Shown: positions 13,266 through 27,179 of the stretch, one piece after another
Position numbering within the stretch: position 1 is the stretch's first letter
How the letters are laid out: every line of letters starts with the position of its first letter
Origin: Eledone cirrhosa
Taxonomy: Eukaryota
Length of the DNA stretch: 64,000 nt
Direction of reading: 5' to 3'
Assembly: GCA_964016885.1 (NCBI GenBank)
Contig: OZ024742.1
Span: forward strand, 254,200,001-254,264,000
Made by a program: the position numbers and the translations under genes
The notes under the pieces: model-generated
Seen by the model: the letters and a program-made list of their open reading frames with translations, nothing else
What the model was told of the DNA's origin: nothing
Databases searched by the model: none

Positions 13266-16200
13266 ATTACATTTGTTATTTTGAAAAGGAAATACTACAA
13301 CAATGAAAGGGGTAATACCTCAAACAAACCTGTTAGTGAATTGGGCTAAAACTGTCATGGTATTTGTTCCAGCTTACTGTGGTCAACTTTGCCTTTCATC
13401 CTTTTGATGTTCATAACTAAAGTAGCACTGGGTCGATTTTTTCTTTATATTTCTTTATCGCTTCTTTTTGTTTTCATTCTCTCTGGAAGGAAAGAATCAG
13501 CTGTGTTCTGACAGAATTGGTGAGGTAGGGATGGGCTCCACCAAGTTTAAAATGTTTAAGACATGTTGTGTGTCAGGATAGCACATTTGTGACTCCATCA
13601 GAAGTTATGGATCCTTTCTTTTCTTTTTTTACATCTCTTATCACATTTTAATGCACAGGTATTATAACTTTGTTCTTTTCTTTTCTTTTCTTTTCTTTTC
13701 TTTAACAAGAAACATTATCTCAGGCATCAATTAAATAAGTCAAAATATATCCAGGAATATCTGCAAATTATCTTTGAAAAGATTGTATTGAAAAGTATTT
13801 TGCTTTACAATTTACCACATGAAGCCATCTAATATTATAAATTGTTATATTATGCAATATGCAATATGTAATATGGAATTTGTTATTATACTGAAAGTTA
13901 ATATTGTCACACAATATCATCATTATGTCTGCCTTCCACACAGGGAAGGGTTGAATTGATAGTCAGTCAAAGACTAAACAGGCTGGAGAGATATCATTTT
14001 GCTCACATGTTCCATATTTGGTGTGGCTTCTATGGCTGGATGCCCTTCTTAATGCCAATCACCTTATAGGGTGTATTCTCTGCATTTTATTGTGGCACTA
14101 AAACTACCACATTACAGAGTCTGTTAGGTGCATTTTATTTTTGCACCAGCTTTACAGTATATATTGAGTGCATTTTATATTTGTGGCAGCATTAACACTT
14201 TACAGAATCCATTGGATCTATTTTATTGTGTTAGCAACACTACCACTTCACAGAATTTACTAAGGTCCATATATATATATAGATTATAAAATCCAATGCT
14301 AAATAAAAGGCAAAAGTTATACTGGAAAACTCTCTTGCTATGTAATGAAATATCTCTTTGGATACCAAACCTCTTGAAACAGCCCCTAGCTCTATAATAT
14401 AAAACTGTTTGTTTTAAAGTGTTTTTATTTACTTAAAACCCTTCCGTCAAAATTTTATGTAAGAAACTTTTTTAAGTTATGCTTCAAACACTAGGTTGAT
14501 AATGAAAAACATATTATTCCAAATTTCCAAATTTGTTATTGCTTTTGAAATGATTTCTTAGAAGTATGGTAAAGAGTTAAAATGCTTATATTTATCTAAA
14601 AACCTACCATCATAATTTTATTTAAGAACCTTTATGATGTAATTCATTGTTTCAACAAAAGAAGTACTAATCTTGAAAAACTATGTAGTGTGGTAGATGT
14701 GATCATCTAAATTTCTTCAAGGCACAGCCGTAGTCAAATTACTGAAACTAGTAAAAGAGTAAAAGTGTAAAGATATGAAGACTATATGAAACAAAATATG
14801 AAATTTGTTCCTCTAAAATGTGTCAATTTGTTCCTATATTAGAAATCAATATTGAATGTTTTAAAATTGTAAAATAGAAAAGGCCTTGGCATGAAGAAGC
14901 AGCTTTATTGCTATAAAGTGTCCAATTTAAATGTTCGATCAATACTATTGCTCTGGAGGATACCAACAGCTTAGAGATTAATTGGTTATATTTATTTTCA
15001 TTATTGTCTTTCATACTTCACAGATAATGTGGATAATTTTCTGGGTTTCTCAGTGTATGAGAACAATAAAAGAAGTTTGTTTTAGGATGGAAGGCATGAG
15101 GTCTAGTGGTTACAGTGCTGTGGTTTCAATACCTCGACTGGGTCGTCCATTATATCCTTAAGCACAATATACTCTTTTGTGTTGCTCCTTCTGTTAAGAG
15201 TTGTGACATGCAAATAGTGTCGGCAATGAAAAGACCAATGAAAATATTGTTTCCTTGGTCTGATTTGATGATGAACTCTTTTCTTTTGCCAGGAGTTGTG
15301 ACGGACAGATAGAAGCAGTAATGCAAATACTAATGGAAATATTGTTTCATGATCCCATCTGATGATCGACAGCTCTTCCTTTCCTTACTTGTAGCTAATT
15401 TAACTCCCTACAGTGCCATGAAGTCATGTGGACTGGTAGGTGGGGTGGAGGAGGTTGGGGTTGTCAAGTAGTGACAGAGATACATCAGTCTTAGACAACC
15501 TTTACCTCCTCCACCATGCCTACCAGCCCACAAAGCTGACATAAATCTTATTGGGGGACCGGCTGCTATCGATATAACACCATATTAGCAGGCTGTCCCC
15601 CACTCCAATCAAATTTTCTATTTTCTATCTTCTATGTTTTTTTATCTCCTATCTTCTATTCTATGTCTGGGTTCAACGTAATTCTGTTACATAATTCTGT
15701 AAATAACACCCGATCAAATCTTGCATCATAATCGGAAGACTAAGCTGGGCCATTAAAATATGTATAGTGCTTTAACGGAATTAAAATTCTAAAGTAAATG
15801 TTCAAGTCAGGCCTTCTATTGTTGTTTTAATGAATACTTTACTTCGTTCCTGCAACAGCCACTGGATACCACATCTACGATGAATGATTTGCATAACATT
15901 GAGTGCTTTAATTAATTTCTGGCACCATCGTTTACTAACCTGAACCACCAGTTCTACCCATTGGTAAACAGCCTAACATAAATTATATATCTATATATAT
16001 ATATAGATAGATATCATTATCATCAACACACACATGTATATATAAATATATATATAAATATACACACAAACACATACACATATAATATCATCATCATCGA
16101 TTAATGTCTATCTTCCATGCTAGTATGGGTTAGAAAGGTTTGTCCCATTTAGAGGCAAGATATGGTTGGGTGACCATGTCTCACTCATATAGGAATGTTT

Positions 16201-16342
16201 CTGGCTAGGTTTTCTATGGCTGGATGCCCTTCCCAATGCCAACCACATTTACAGTGTGTGCTGGGTACTTTTTGCCATGTCTTTCACACGACCACTTTAC
16301 AGTGTGGGCTGCATATTTTGTGGTACCAATATGGCTTAGTAT

Positions 16343-16692
16343 GGAGGCACATGGCTTAGTGGTTAGAGCATTGGGCTTGCAATCGAAAGGTTGTGAGTTC
16401 AATTCTCAGACCGGGTGATGTGTTGTTTCCTTGAGCAAGACACTTTATTTCACATTGTTCCTGTTTACTCAGCTGTAGAAATGAGATGATAGGGACTGGG
16501 GTCCATATCATTCCACTGCAAAGTGGTCGTGGAGGTGCCACGGCAAAAAGCACCCAGTACTCACTGTAAATGAGGTTGGTGTTAGGAAGAGCATCCAGCT
16601 GTAGAAATCAAGCCAGAATCAGTTCCCGTCCCACCCTTACAAGCAAGGAAAAGCGGACATAAAATGATGATGATGATGATGATGATGATGAT
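16343..16692 (+). mobile_element. SINE with tRNA head, conserved core and RTE-derived 3' tail
   Basis: TGGCTTAGTGG and GAGTTCAATTC boxes, CTTGAGCAAGACACTT core. From ~16513 it is nearly identical to the LINE 3' UTR at 957-1233 and ends in (GAT)n. Second copy at 44428-44822 (-). Confidence 0.85.
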
Positions 16693-16799
16693 ATATATAT
16701 ATATATACACATATAAATCATGATAATGATATACATATATATATACATATCATACATATACATGCACACATCATATATATATATATATACATGTATATA

Positions 16800-17400
16800 T
16801 ATCATCCTCCTCGTTGTTTAATATTCATCTTCCACACTAGAACGGATTGACCCTTAGGGAGAAAAACAGGTCAGAGGACCATGTTGAGCTTAGCTTGGTT
16901 TCTACAGCTGGGTGCCTTTGCTACTGCTAACCACATTCATGGGGTGTGCTGGGTGCTTTTTGTCATGTCACCTACACGACCACATTACATTGTGGACTGG
17001 GCACATTTTGTCATGACACCTACATGACCATTTTACAGTGTGTACTGGGCATTTTTTGTTGTGACATCTACACAACCACTTTTCAGTGTGGACTGGGCAC
17101 TTTTGTCATGTCACCAACACAACCACTTTAGATCGGGGACTGGGCACTTTTGCCTTGGGACTAGGGAGGGGTAGGAAGCTTGGGAAAATTGCAGACATAG
17201 GTAATAGGAGAGGGATGGTTACTGCAAAGGGTGGTGAACGAGTGAGGAGAAGGTTGAGGAAGGTGTTGCCTACTAGGTATAAGCCTCAGCCTGAGAATAA
17301 TAGAGGGTGTGTCTTCTGTAATACTGCATAGCACCAGAGGTCACGGTCCTGTGTCATTGCCTTTGAGAGGTGCAGTTGTGCAAGGTAAGTTTTTATTACC
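16800..17400 (-). mobile_element. RTE 3' UTR with ~40-bp tandem array
   Basis: Repeated ccactttacagtgtggactgggcac-like units, as at 56780-57120. Confidence 0.7.
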
Positions 17401-17492
17401 TCATCCCAAGTCTTCCTAGGCCTGCCCACTCCACGGCTACCATCATACAGCTGCACATTTTCATACAGCTGTCATCACATATATATACACAT

Positions 17493-17562
<70 letters not shown>

Positions 17563-17769
17563 TAACTAATAAGCTCTGTAGCCTACATAGAGCACTCTAT
17601 TTTCTTGTACCTTTCAGGCGGAATTACTTCACATATATATATATATAAGTAAAATAAAATGTAATGTAATATTTCATATATTTTCATAATAAAATATAAA
17701 TGCATAATTTTCCAATCTTGTGATCTTCGATGATATATACATCATTTTAATAAAGAAAAAGAATGACAT

Positions 17770-19070
17770 TAATAATGATGGTTTAATTTAGGCAAAAGGC
17801 CAGAAATTTGGGTTCGAGGGCTATCTTGATTAAATTGACCCCAGTGCTTGACTAGTGATTTATTTTATTGACCACATCAGAATGATTAATGGCCAAGCTG
17901 ACCTCAGCAGGATTTGAAACAGAACATAGAGAGCTGTAATTAAATATTGCAATGTATTTCATTTGATGCACTAATGATTGTGCCAATAAACTTCATTTCC
18001 AAATAATAATTGTTTCTAATTTAGCACAAAAGCCAGAATTAAATTAAGCACAGTGTGTTACAAGTACTTTATTTAATTGTCCCCAGAAGGATGAAAGGCA
18101 AGGTTGACCTTGAAGGGATTTCAACTCAGAATGTGAAGAGCTGAAATAATGCTGTTATACATTTGTCTGAGACACTAACAATACTGCAAATCTACCAACC
18201 TCTCTCCCAAATAATGGCTAACGATTTTGGGGGAGGGGAAAGTCAATTATATTTACCCCAGTATGTAGCTGGTGCTTTATTTTATTGACTGCGTGAGGAT
18301 GAAAGGGAAACCTTGGTAGAATTTGAACTCAGAACATAAAATGCAATAACAATATTCCACAATGCTGCCAATCCCCACCCACAATAATAATAACAATAAT
18401 AATTCTTTCTACATTTGGCACAAGGCCAGCAATTATACCTGTGCATTACTGGTACTTTATTTTACCGACCCTGCAAGGATGAAAGGCAAAGTTAACCTCG
18501 GTGAGATTTGAACTCAGACCGTAAAGGGCTGTAACTCTATTCTGCAAAGCATAGCATCCGATCCTCTACTGATACTGCCAATCCACCACCCTAACAATAA
18601 TAATTGTTTCTACTTTAAGCACAAGGCCAGCAAATATCCCAGTGTATTACTGGTACTTTATTTTATCGACCCCGTAAGGATGAAAGCCAAAGTTAACCTC
18701 GGCGACATTTGAACTCAGACCATAAAGGGCCACAATAATAATGATTTCTTTATTAACCACAAGGGTTTACATAAAGTAGACATTAAGGACAGTGCAGGAC
18801 AATGCAGGACGGTACAAATGGGCATTTCTGCGTGTAAAAAAAAATAATAATAATAATTTAGGCACCACATCTGCAATTTAGGTGCTAGGGAAAAAGTCAA
18901 TAAAATTGACTGATGTCTTTTCTTATTGCCCCCATCTGCCCATCTGGAATAATGAAAGGAACACTTGTTGACCTTAGCGAGATTTGAACTCAACACCCAA
19001 AACAACTGGAAAAAATGACACAAAACATATTTTTCTGACACTCTAACAATTCTTCTGCTATCGTTGCTAC
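17770..19070 (-). mobile_element. Cluster of about six SINE family B copies of differing age
   Basis: Repeated gcacaaggccagcaa...ctggtactttattttatcgacccc..aggatgaaaggcaaagttaacctcgg..atttgaactcag blocks. Confidence 0.8.
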
Positions 19071-19225
19071 CACAGCAGCAGCGGCAACAGCACCAACAAC
19101 AACAACACAGATTTATATATAATAGGTTTCTTGACAAGAGAAATATGCCATACAACTAGTATATATAGATTGCTAATCAATAATAATAAATTAAACTGTT
19201 TTTTATTTTTTTTTTTATTTGTGGA

Positions 19226-19293
<68 letters not shown>
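19226..19293. repeat. (TTA)n microsatellite
   Basis: Direct reading. Confidence 0.95.
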
Positions 19294-19599
19294 CATCACA
19301 GCTTTTCATCTTTTTAATGAAATTATGCGACCATATCACTTCTTATAATTTATTTAGCCTCTTCTTCTGCTGTGATTATGTGTTTTCAAAAATATTAATG
19401 TTCCTTCCTATTTTAGGGTATTTTTTTTCTTCTTCTATTATTTCTTTTATATTAGAACTACCCTTTCAGCTATTCATTATCATGAGATTCCATAGTGTAA
19501 GTGGGTTGGGTGGCTGGATGGGTGGGGCATGGGGGAAAATATTCGATATTATAAGATTATGAGTTAAAGAAATGGGAAGAATGAGATATATATGTCTGC

Positions 19600-19700
19600 A
19601 TATGTATGTAGAGATATGTATGTATTTGTGTAAGTATGTATTCATGTATTTATGTATATATATGTATATATATATATATATAATATATATATATATATAT

Positions 19701-19766
<66 letters not shown>

Positions 19767-19904
19767 GTTAGTGTATATATATGTATATATATATACATAC
19801 ACATACATATAGTGATAGGAAATCATTTTTTTCCTCATTCACATTAATAAATTCTTGCAGATCTTCTTTGGGAACATTTAAAAAAATTTCAACTCTTTTA
19901 CTTA

Positions 19905-19970
<66 letters not shown>

Positions 19971-20561
19971 TCATTTATTTATTTATATACATATATATAT
20001 ATTTATATATGTATATATACATATATATGTATTCATATATATACATAGATATATGTATATATATATATAAATATATATATGGATATATATATGGATATAT
20101 GTAACTATATATATGTATATATGTATATATATATAACCCATGCTAGCGTAGGAAAATGGATGTTAAACGAAGATGATGATGATGATATATGTATATATAT
20201 GTATATATAAATATATATGTATACGTACATACATATATGTATACATACTTATATTTAAGTAATAGCCGTACTAAGAGTGAGAAATGAAATTTTGTTTCAT
20301 TATTTCCATTTATATAAATATATATTTATATATACATGCATGTATATATATGAATCTGTATGTATGTATATATATATATATATGTATATACATATATGTG
20401 TTTGTATGTGTGTGTATATATATATATATATGTTTATATATATATATATATATATATAGACATATCTATATATGTGAGTGTGTGTGTTGTTTATGTATAC
20501 ATATATATATATATATATATACATATATATATACACACACATACACACAAACACACACACG

Positions 20562-20618
<57 letters not shown>

Positions 20619-20620
20619 AT
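19600..20620. repeat. (TA)n / (TACA)n low-complexity block
   Basis: Direct reading; source of the spurious YIYIYI ORFs. Confidence 0.95.
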
Positions 20621-20624
20621 AATA

Positions 20625-21396
20625 GAGACCTGGGCATTGTGTGCAGAGGATATACGCAGACTAGAGAGAAACGAAGCTTGCATGCTCCGCTGGATGTGTA
20701 ATAGTAATATACGTGAACGGCAAAGCATAAACGAACTAAGGAAAAAATTAGAAATAAGAGGGATCAGATGTTGTTTACTCGAGAGAAGGCTACGTTGGTA
20801 TGGTCACGTGATGCGCATGAAGGACGATAGCTGTATAACAAAGTGCAGGGCAATAAAGATAGACGGTAGCTACGGAATAGGCAGACCCAGAAAAACCTGG
20901 GACGAGCTGATAAATTCCGACCTCACACACTTACACCTCACTAAGATAATGTCACTGGACCGAGACCTTTGGCGGTACTCAGTAATAGAGAAGACCCACC
21001 TTACCTAAATACAAAGTAAAACCTACTACAGTCAGTAGGCATCTCTAACAAAATACACCCCGTCCCGCCACCACCCCCACCCCATCCACACCACCCCTTT
21101 CAATGTAAAGTTATTTTGGTGCCACAACATCCAGGCCGAAACAAATGAGATCGTGTAGGTGTCACGTCAAAAAAACACACAGTTCACGTTGTAATGTGGC
21201 CGTGTAGGCAACACGGTAAAAACCTCCCAGCCCCACACTGTAAATGTGGTTGGTGTTAGGAAGGGCATCCAGCTGTAGAAAACCCGCCAGATAGTCCTAT
21301 GCGAGCAAGATAACCACTCTTGCCTCAAGTGGGAAACCCCCCGTCCAAACCCATGCAAGCGTCGAACACGGACGTTAAACGATGATGATGATGATG
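20625..21396 (+). mobile_element. 5'-truncated RTE LINE
   Basis: [25 protein letters not shown]...[12 protein letters not shown]...GRPRKTW, then 3' UTR and (GAT)n tail. Same subfamily as 23366-26484. Confidence 0.93.
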
Positions 21397-21526
21397 AATA
21401 CTATTTATAGTTATGTATATAGTATAAACAACTATAAACAGGAAGGTCAGTAATTTCTTAATTACCTTATTACCAGTAAGAGAAATAGCTCAATGTATGA
21501 ACATCAGTTGTTTTACAGAGCAGGAA

Positions 21527-21586
21527 AATAAATACATTATACAATTATCAAAGTTGAACACAACTTTGATAATTGTATAATGTATT

Positions 21587-21590
<4 letters not shown>
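21527..21590. repeat. Perfect 30-bp inverted repeat with a 4-nt loop, abutting (TA)n
   Basis: aataaatacattatacaattatcaaagttg-aaca-caactttgataattgtataatgtatttatt. Confidence 0.95.
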
Positions 21591-21659
<69 letters not shown>

Positions 21660-21751
21660 ACGAAGGAAATGTGGTAAGGAACCAGGTGGACCATAACGCA
21701 CCAAAGTACTCAATACTTGGGGTAGTAGAGTGGGTAATAGGAACCAGTAAG

Positions 21752-21845
21752 ACCCCGACAGCTGAGCTCAAGCCGTTTCGACGGCTAATTCTGGACTAAA
21801 TGAAAATTTATCCTGGTATTTAAATAGCCGATCTTCTCAAGGGGT
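21752..21845 (-). ncRNA. Type I hammerhead-like motif with U3-A8 core
   Basis: Minus strand ACCCC-TTGAGAA-GA(t)CGGCTA...TAGCCGTC-GAAA-CGGCT tgagctc AGCTG-TC-GGGGT. All three stems pair. Confidence 0.7.
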
Positions 21846-22499
21846 AATTCCATATATGGTCAAAGTGATTGTCAAAAATCAGTAGTAATTCTGTGGTTGC
21901 AAATTAGTAGGGGAGATGGTGGCTAAACCTGCCAGTAGGAGAAAGAGGGGAGGGGGTGGAGTAGACCCAATCAAGCGTTGGTAGTGCCAGCTACAGCTGG
22001 GCATGAGGTCAAAGAAGATACAGAGGGGGGGGGGGAGGAAGTCGGAACAGTAGGTAGAACAATGGGGGGTAGAAATATATAGGAAAGAAAAAATACTGAG
22101 AGTGAAGAAAAGCAAATAAGTGTAAAGAAAAAAGTAAAGTAAATTAAATTCTACGACCTAGGTCTCTAGCTATTGTTAGGCTAGAATAAATAAATAAAGA
22201 ATAAAAGAAAGAAGTAAAAAAAGAAATAAAGAAATAACGAAATAAATAAAAGAACTAGGTGGGACGGATTAGGCAAGGACCCTTTTAAGAGGTATAAGTA
22301 CGTAAATGATACGGTGACGGGTCAACAAAAGGGGCCAAAATACTAAAGAGACTACCACGAAATAAACAATAAAGGTTTCCATCCCGGGCACAATGCCAGC
22401 AACCACCCAGTGCAGCAAAGTGAACTAGTACGAGATAATAATTCAATGCTCTAGATTATTCTAGCTTGCTCTGATTATCATTTCTTCATTACTTTTCAG

Positions 22500-23365
22500 A
22501 TAAATGATGACACACATCAATCTAACTCTGTAAGTGAAAAGCATGCTGTAATCGTTGCCTTAAATGCAGAGTATCGTGATTTTGAGATTTCCCTCTTCCT
22601 GTAAGTTACATGGATTTTCGTTATCAAAGTTTCACAAAGAGCTAGAAGCCACTAATGGGGATTCTACAGTAGTAGCCAACATAACATACGAAGTAAGCTC
22701 ATACCATCAGAACACACACCTTTTTATGAAGTTGCAGAAAATTATTGATAAGAAACCCAGAATTCAATTTGCACCATTGCTAAGTAGCTCATGGTTTTAA
22801 GGCACAATATAGGAAGAATTGTGCATGAGGATCTTTGATACAACTTATATGAAATGCGGAGAACCAAATCATATCTGCAACGACAAAAATTATCCATTTG
22901 ATCCACACTAAACATTTGTTGAGCAAGTAGAAACATAAAAATCTTGGAATGCTTTGGCCTTTCTCTGACGAGAAAAACCTTTGATCATGATGAAAAGTTC
23001 AACAGAAGGAATGAAATGTTTAGGCAGGCACCCCAAAAATTCCAACTTTCATGCACACAGAGTTTCCGGCAACTGTTGTGGTTCTGTGAGTCATGAGCAA
23101 TGATGTAAATGTCATACCCACTACTTTCTTTGGGGCTACTGACTTCAAGGAGGTATTAGAGGGTGTTATGAGACCTTGGATAGAGAGCGATAGCAAATGA
23201 AGTCTATAACGTACCAACAAGATGAAATGCCATATAATAAGGCCAAGACTACCCAAGAATGGATGAGTTATAATATCCCCGATCATGTCGCCCCAAACAT
23301 ATGTTCTCCTAGCTCTCCAGATTGAAGTACTACATTTGAAGCATAGTCGAGAGTGGCATCCATAG
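22500..23365 (+). mobile_element. maT/DD37D-like Tc1/mariner transposase relic, N-terminal and catalytic part
   Basis: Broken translation WPFSDEK.FDHDEKFNRRN / PTFMHTEFPATVVV / VLEGVMRPWIES / YQQD..P..KAKTTQEWMS.N.PDHV.PN...PSSPD. Interrupted by the RTE insertion. Confidence 0.75.
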
Positions 23366-26300
23366 CATCATCATCATCATCATCATCGTTTAACGTCCAT
23401 CTTCCACGCTTGCATGGGTTTGGACGGGAATTTTCCAACTTGAGGCAAGCTTGGTTGTCTTGCTCGTATAGGACTGTCTGGCAGGTTTTCTACGGCTGGA
23501 TGCCCTTCCTAACACCAACCAAGTTTACAGTGTGGACTGAGGTTTTTACTGTGTTACCTACATGGCCTCATTACAGAGTGGACTGTGTGTTTTTTTTGTC
23601 ATGACACCTACTCAACCTCATCTGTTTCGGACTGGATGTTGTGATACTAACATAACTTCACATTTAAGGGGGTGTTGTGGATGAGGTGGGGGTAGTTGGA
23701 CGGGGTGTATTTTGTTAGAGGTGCCTACTGACTGTAGGTTTCGCTTTGTACTTAGGCCAGGCGGGTCTTCTGTATTACTGTGTAGCGCCAAAGATCTCGG
23801 TCCAGTGACATTGTCTTGGAGAGGTGTAAGTGTGTGAGGTCAGAATTTATCAAGTCATCCCAGGTTTTTCTGGGTCTGCCTACTCCGTGGCTACCGTCTA
23901 TTTTTATCGCCCTGCACTTTTTTATACAGCTGTCGTCTTTCATGCGCATCACGTGACCATACCAAAGTAGTCTTCTCTCAAGTAAACAACATCTGATCCA
24001 TCTTATTCCTAATTTCTCCCTTAGTTCATTCATGCTTTGCCATTCTCGTATATTACTATTACACATCCAACGGAGCATGCAAGCTTCGTTCCTCTTCAGT
24101 CTGCGTATATCCTCTGCACACAATGCCCAAGTCTCACTGCCATGTAATATTGCTGTTCGTATGCAGGCATCATACAGCCTGACTTTTATTTTTAGAGAGA
24201 AACCTTTAGCGGCCAATAGTGGAATAAGCTCTCTGAACTTTTTCCATCCCGTTCTGACTCTAGCTACTGTACTTTCAGAGCACCCTCCACCACTGCTGAT
24301 TTTGTCACCCAGGTAACGGAAGGTGTCCACTATTTCTATAGAACCATCTGTGCAATGGAATGAGCTGGTATTCTGTGGGCAAAATCTATATTCTTAGTTA
24401 TCTTACCTGTGATCCCACTACATCTTTCATGCACCCATACTTTGCATTTGGGACATAAAATGGAATTTCTTCCTACTCCTTTCCTACACACTGAGCATGG
24501 CCATTTCCCAGATGGGACCAGTGCCCTATTTTCCTTCCTACAAACTAGAGCTTTAGTCATAGACAGGTTAATTTTAAGGCCTTTTGATTCTAGGCCATGC
24601 TCCCATGTTCGGAATTTCTTCTCTAGTTCAGCCATTGATTCAGCTATGAGCATTAGATCATCTGCGTATAGGAGTTCCCATGGGCAGCCGGTCTTGAACT
24701 CCTCTGTTATAGCCTGAAGGGCAATAATAAATAGGAGGGGGCTAAGGACGGAGCCCTGATGAACACCAACTTTTACGCTAAATTCTTCACTATATTCGTT
24801 GTTAATTCTAACCTTGCTGATTGTTTTTTATACATGGCTTGTATAGCTCTCACAAGCCATTCATCAACACCTAGTTTTCTGAGAGCTCACCAGATAATGG
24901 GGCGTGGGACTCTGTCAAAGGCTTTCTCCAAGTCAACAAAAGCTAAGTATAGGGGTTTACTTTTAGCTAGGTACTTCTCCTGTAGTTGTCGTACAATGAA
25001 AAGAGCGTCTGTGGTACTTTTACCTGACACAAACCCGAACTGCATTTCATCTAGATCAATTCGCTCTCTGATTATTTGCGCTATTATTTTTTCTGTGATC
25101 TTCATGACCTGGTCAATTAATTTAATGCCTCTATAGTTTCCCCTATCTAGAGCATTTCCTTTACCCTAGTAGCAGTTAATGATGATGCTGCTACGCCAGT
25201 CCTTCGGAACGACCCCATTCTGTATGACTTGGTTTACTATCCGGGTGCCCATAGTGTGTCCCACCGTTCCAGATGCTTTCAGCATTTCAGCAACTATTTC
25301 TGAAGGCCCAGCCGCCTTGCCTGTCTTCATATCATTGATCGCCTTACTTATTATACTACCCTCAACTTGCACTGCTGGCCCCTCTATTGGATCGATGTGG
25401 CGAGACTGTCTTTCTCCCATTTATTCTCCTCATTTAGTAGCCTTTCGTAGTGACATTTCCAAGCTACCTTCTTATCAGTGTCAGTGATGGAAAGTACACC
25501 ATCATCATGAAGGACACACTTCTCCTTGACAATATCACGGTTTTCCTTGACACATTGCCTAGCAATCCTGAACACCTCACATTTTTGGTCCTCGCGTTGT
25601 AGAACATGCTTGAACTTTCTTTCCTCTGCTTCCCTTCTTGCGAAGTACACTTGTCTCCTAGCTTCCCTTCTGGCCACTTGATAGTCTTCTCTACTTCCCC
25701 CATCCCGCCATACTTTCCAAGCCTGCTTTTTGGCCTTAATTGACTCCTCCACCTTACTGTTCCACCACCACATTACTCTTCTCCTGCCTATAGGCCTGCT
25801 CCAGCTACAGACTTCATCTGCCCCCCATCAGCAGGTTTGCTTTCAGGAATTCCCACTGTTCCTCTATATTGTACGACTCTAATTGCTCTTCCTTACTGTC
25901 GAAAGCATCAAGTTATATGCTTTTAAATTTATTACTGGCTGTGGGGTCCTTTAGCTTCCATATTTTTCTCCTGGGGATAGTCCTCCTCTGTTGTCGAGTA
26001 CGTCTCGTCCTGACTATGAGGTCGCTAATTATGAGTCTATGTTGAGAGGTGCATTCTTCATGGGGGAGGGATTTAGTGTTTACAACAGACACTCTGTCAC
26101 GTCTTCTGGTAAGGATATAATCTATCTGGCTGGTGTATTCCTCTGATCTATAGGTGATCAAGTGATTGTCTTGTTTTTTGAAGTTAGTGTTACAGATAGC
26201 TAGGTTATTTGCGTCACAGAATTCCCAGGATTCTGGAGCCTTCCTCATTTCTAGTACCAAAGCCATAGCCTCCATGGATTCCGTCATAGCCGTCACAATG

Positions 26301-26484
26301 TTGTCCAACGTGACCATTTAGGTCGCCAGCGATAATTATGTAGTCACTGTCGGTTATTTGGGAGGTAGTGAGCATTAATGACTCATAGAATCTGTCTTTT
26401 ATAATGCCAGGCAGTCCGGATTGGGGTGCATATGCAGATATTATTGTCACAGTAGTTCTATTGAGGATAAGTCTTATTTTAAAA
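23366..26484 (-). mobile_element. 3.1-kb 5'-truncated RTE LINE (APE endonuclease part, RT, 3' UTR, tail); frameshifted
   Basis: IISAYAPQ...GDLNGHVG...SQIDYIL...SQHRL (APE). QFGF...AFVDLEKAFDRVPR, GVHQGSVLSP, LYADDL (RT). PHD-type insert start, then RTE C-terminus. (CAT)n on + at 23366-23387. Confidence 0.96.
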
Positions 26485-26600
26485 TATCCGTAGTCTGCCA
26501 TATCTAGCACAATGTCCAAAATAGATAAAGATCATCAGCATGCAAATGTCATGAAAGAATTGAGCAAGCTGTTAGCTAACATTTTGTTAGTCTTTTCCTA
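26485..26600 (+). mobile_element. C-terminal remainder of the maT-like transposase
   Basis: SAISSTMSKIDKDH..ACKC..RIEQAV fits the end of this transposase family and continues from 23365. Confidence 0.6.
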
Positions 26601-27179
26601 CACTGGACGCCAGTCTGTTGTGGGGATAACATCAAATATTGTTTCTGGTATTCAGTTCTTTTCTAGCAGAGTGGACAGGAGCAATGTGAAATGAAGCATC
26701 TCACTCAATAATGCAATGTGCTGACCACTCCAGGATTCAAAGGCACATCTCTATGATCATAAATCAAACATCCTAACCACCATGCCACACACCTTCACTT
26801 ATTGGTTGACAGTTATTTTTGAGTGAATCTTATCGATGTATTAATCTGTGATTCTGACATTATTTACAGTTAATTACATACTATAATATATATGGCACAA
26901 CAGTATTTTCCTTTTATCCCAGTGTACCATTAATATTAATATTAGTAATGTCAGCAGGAATGACAGAATTGATAGCGTCACATCAGAAAATTTCTTGTAT
27001 TTAATTACATCTCCATAGGTTGTGAGTTAAAATTACCTTTCAATTCTTTCACTGTCAATGAAATAAATTACCAGCAAGTATTGGTGTCGATCTATGAACT
27101 TTATCCCTCTCTCAAAATGTTAAAATTCATCAAGGTTAGAAATCATTACCATTATTATTATTAATATTATTATTATTGT

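Noticed and set aside
17581-17622. Possible HHR relic on the minus strand (CTGAAAG...GAAA-ATAGAG tg CTCTATG-TA-GGC)
   Set aside because: No stem II and the core needs several indels; too degraded to call.
19466-20728. Many long YIYIYI / LSLSLS ORFs (also 30087-30525, 40615-41484, 61875-62435)
   Set aside because: They are translations of (TA)n, (CA)n and (GA)n microsatellites, which lack stops in some frames.
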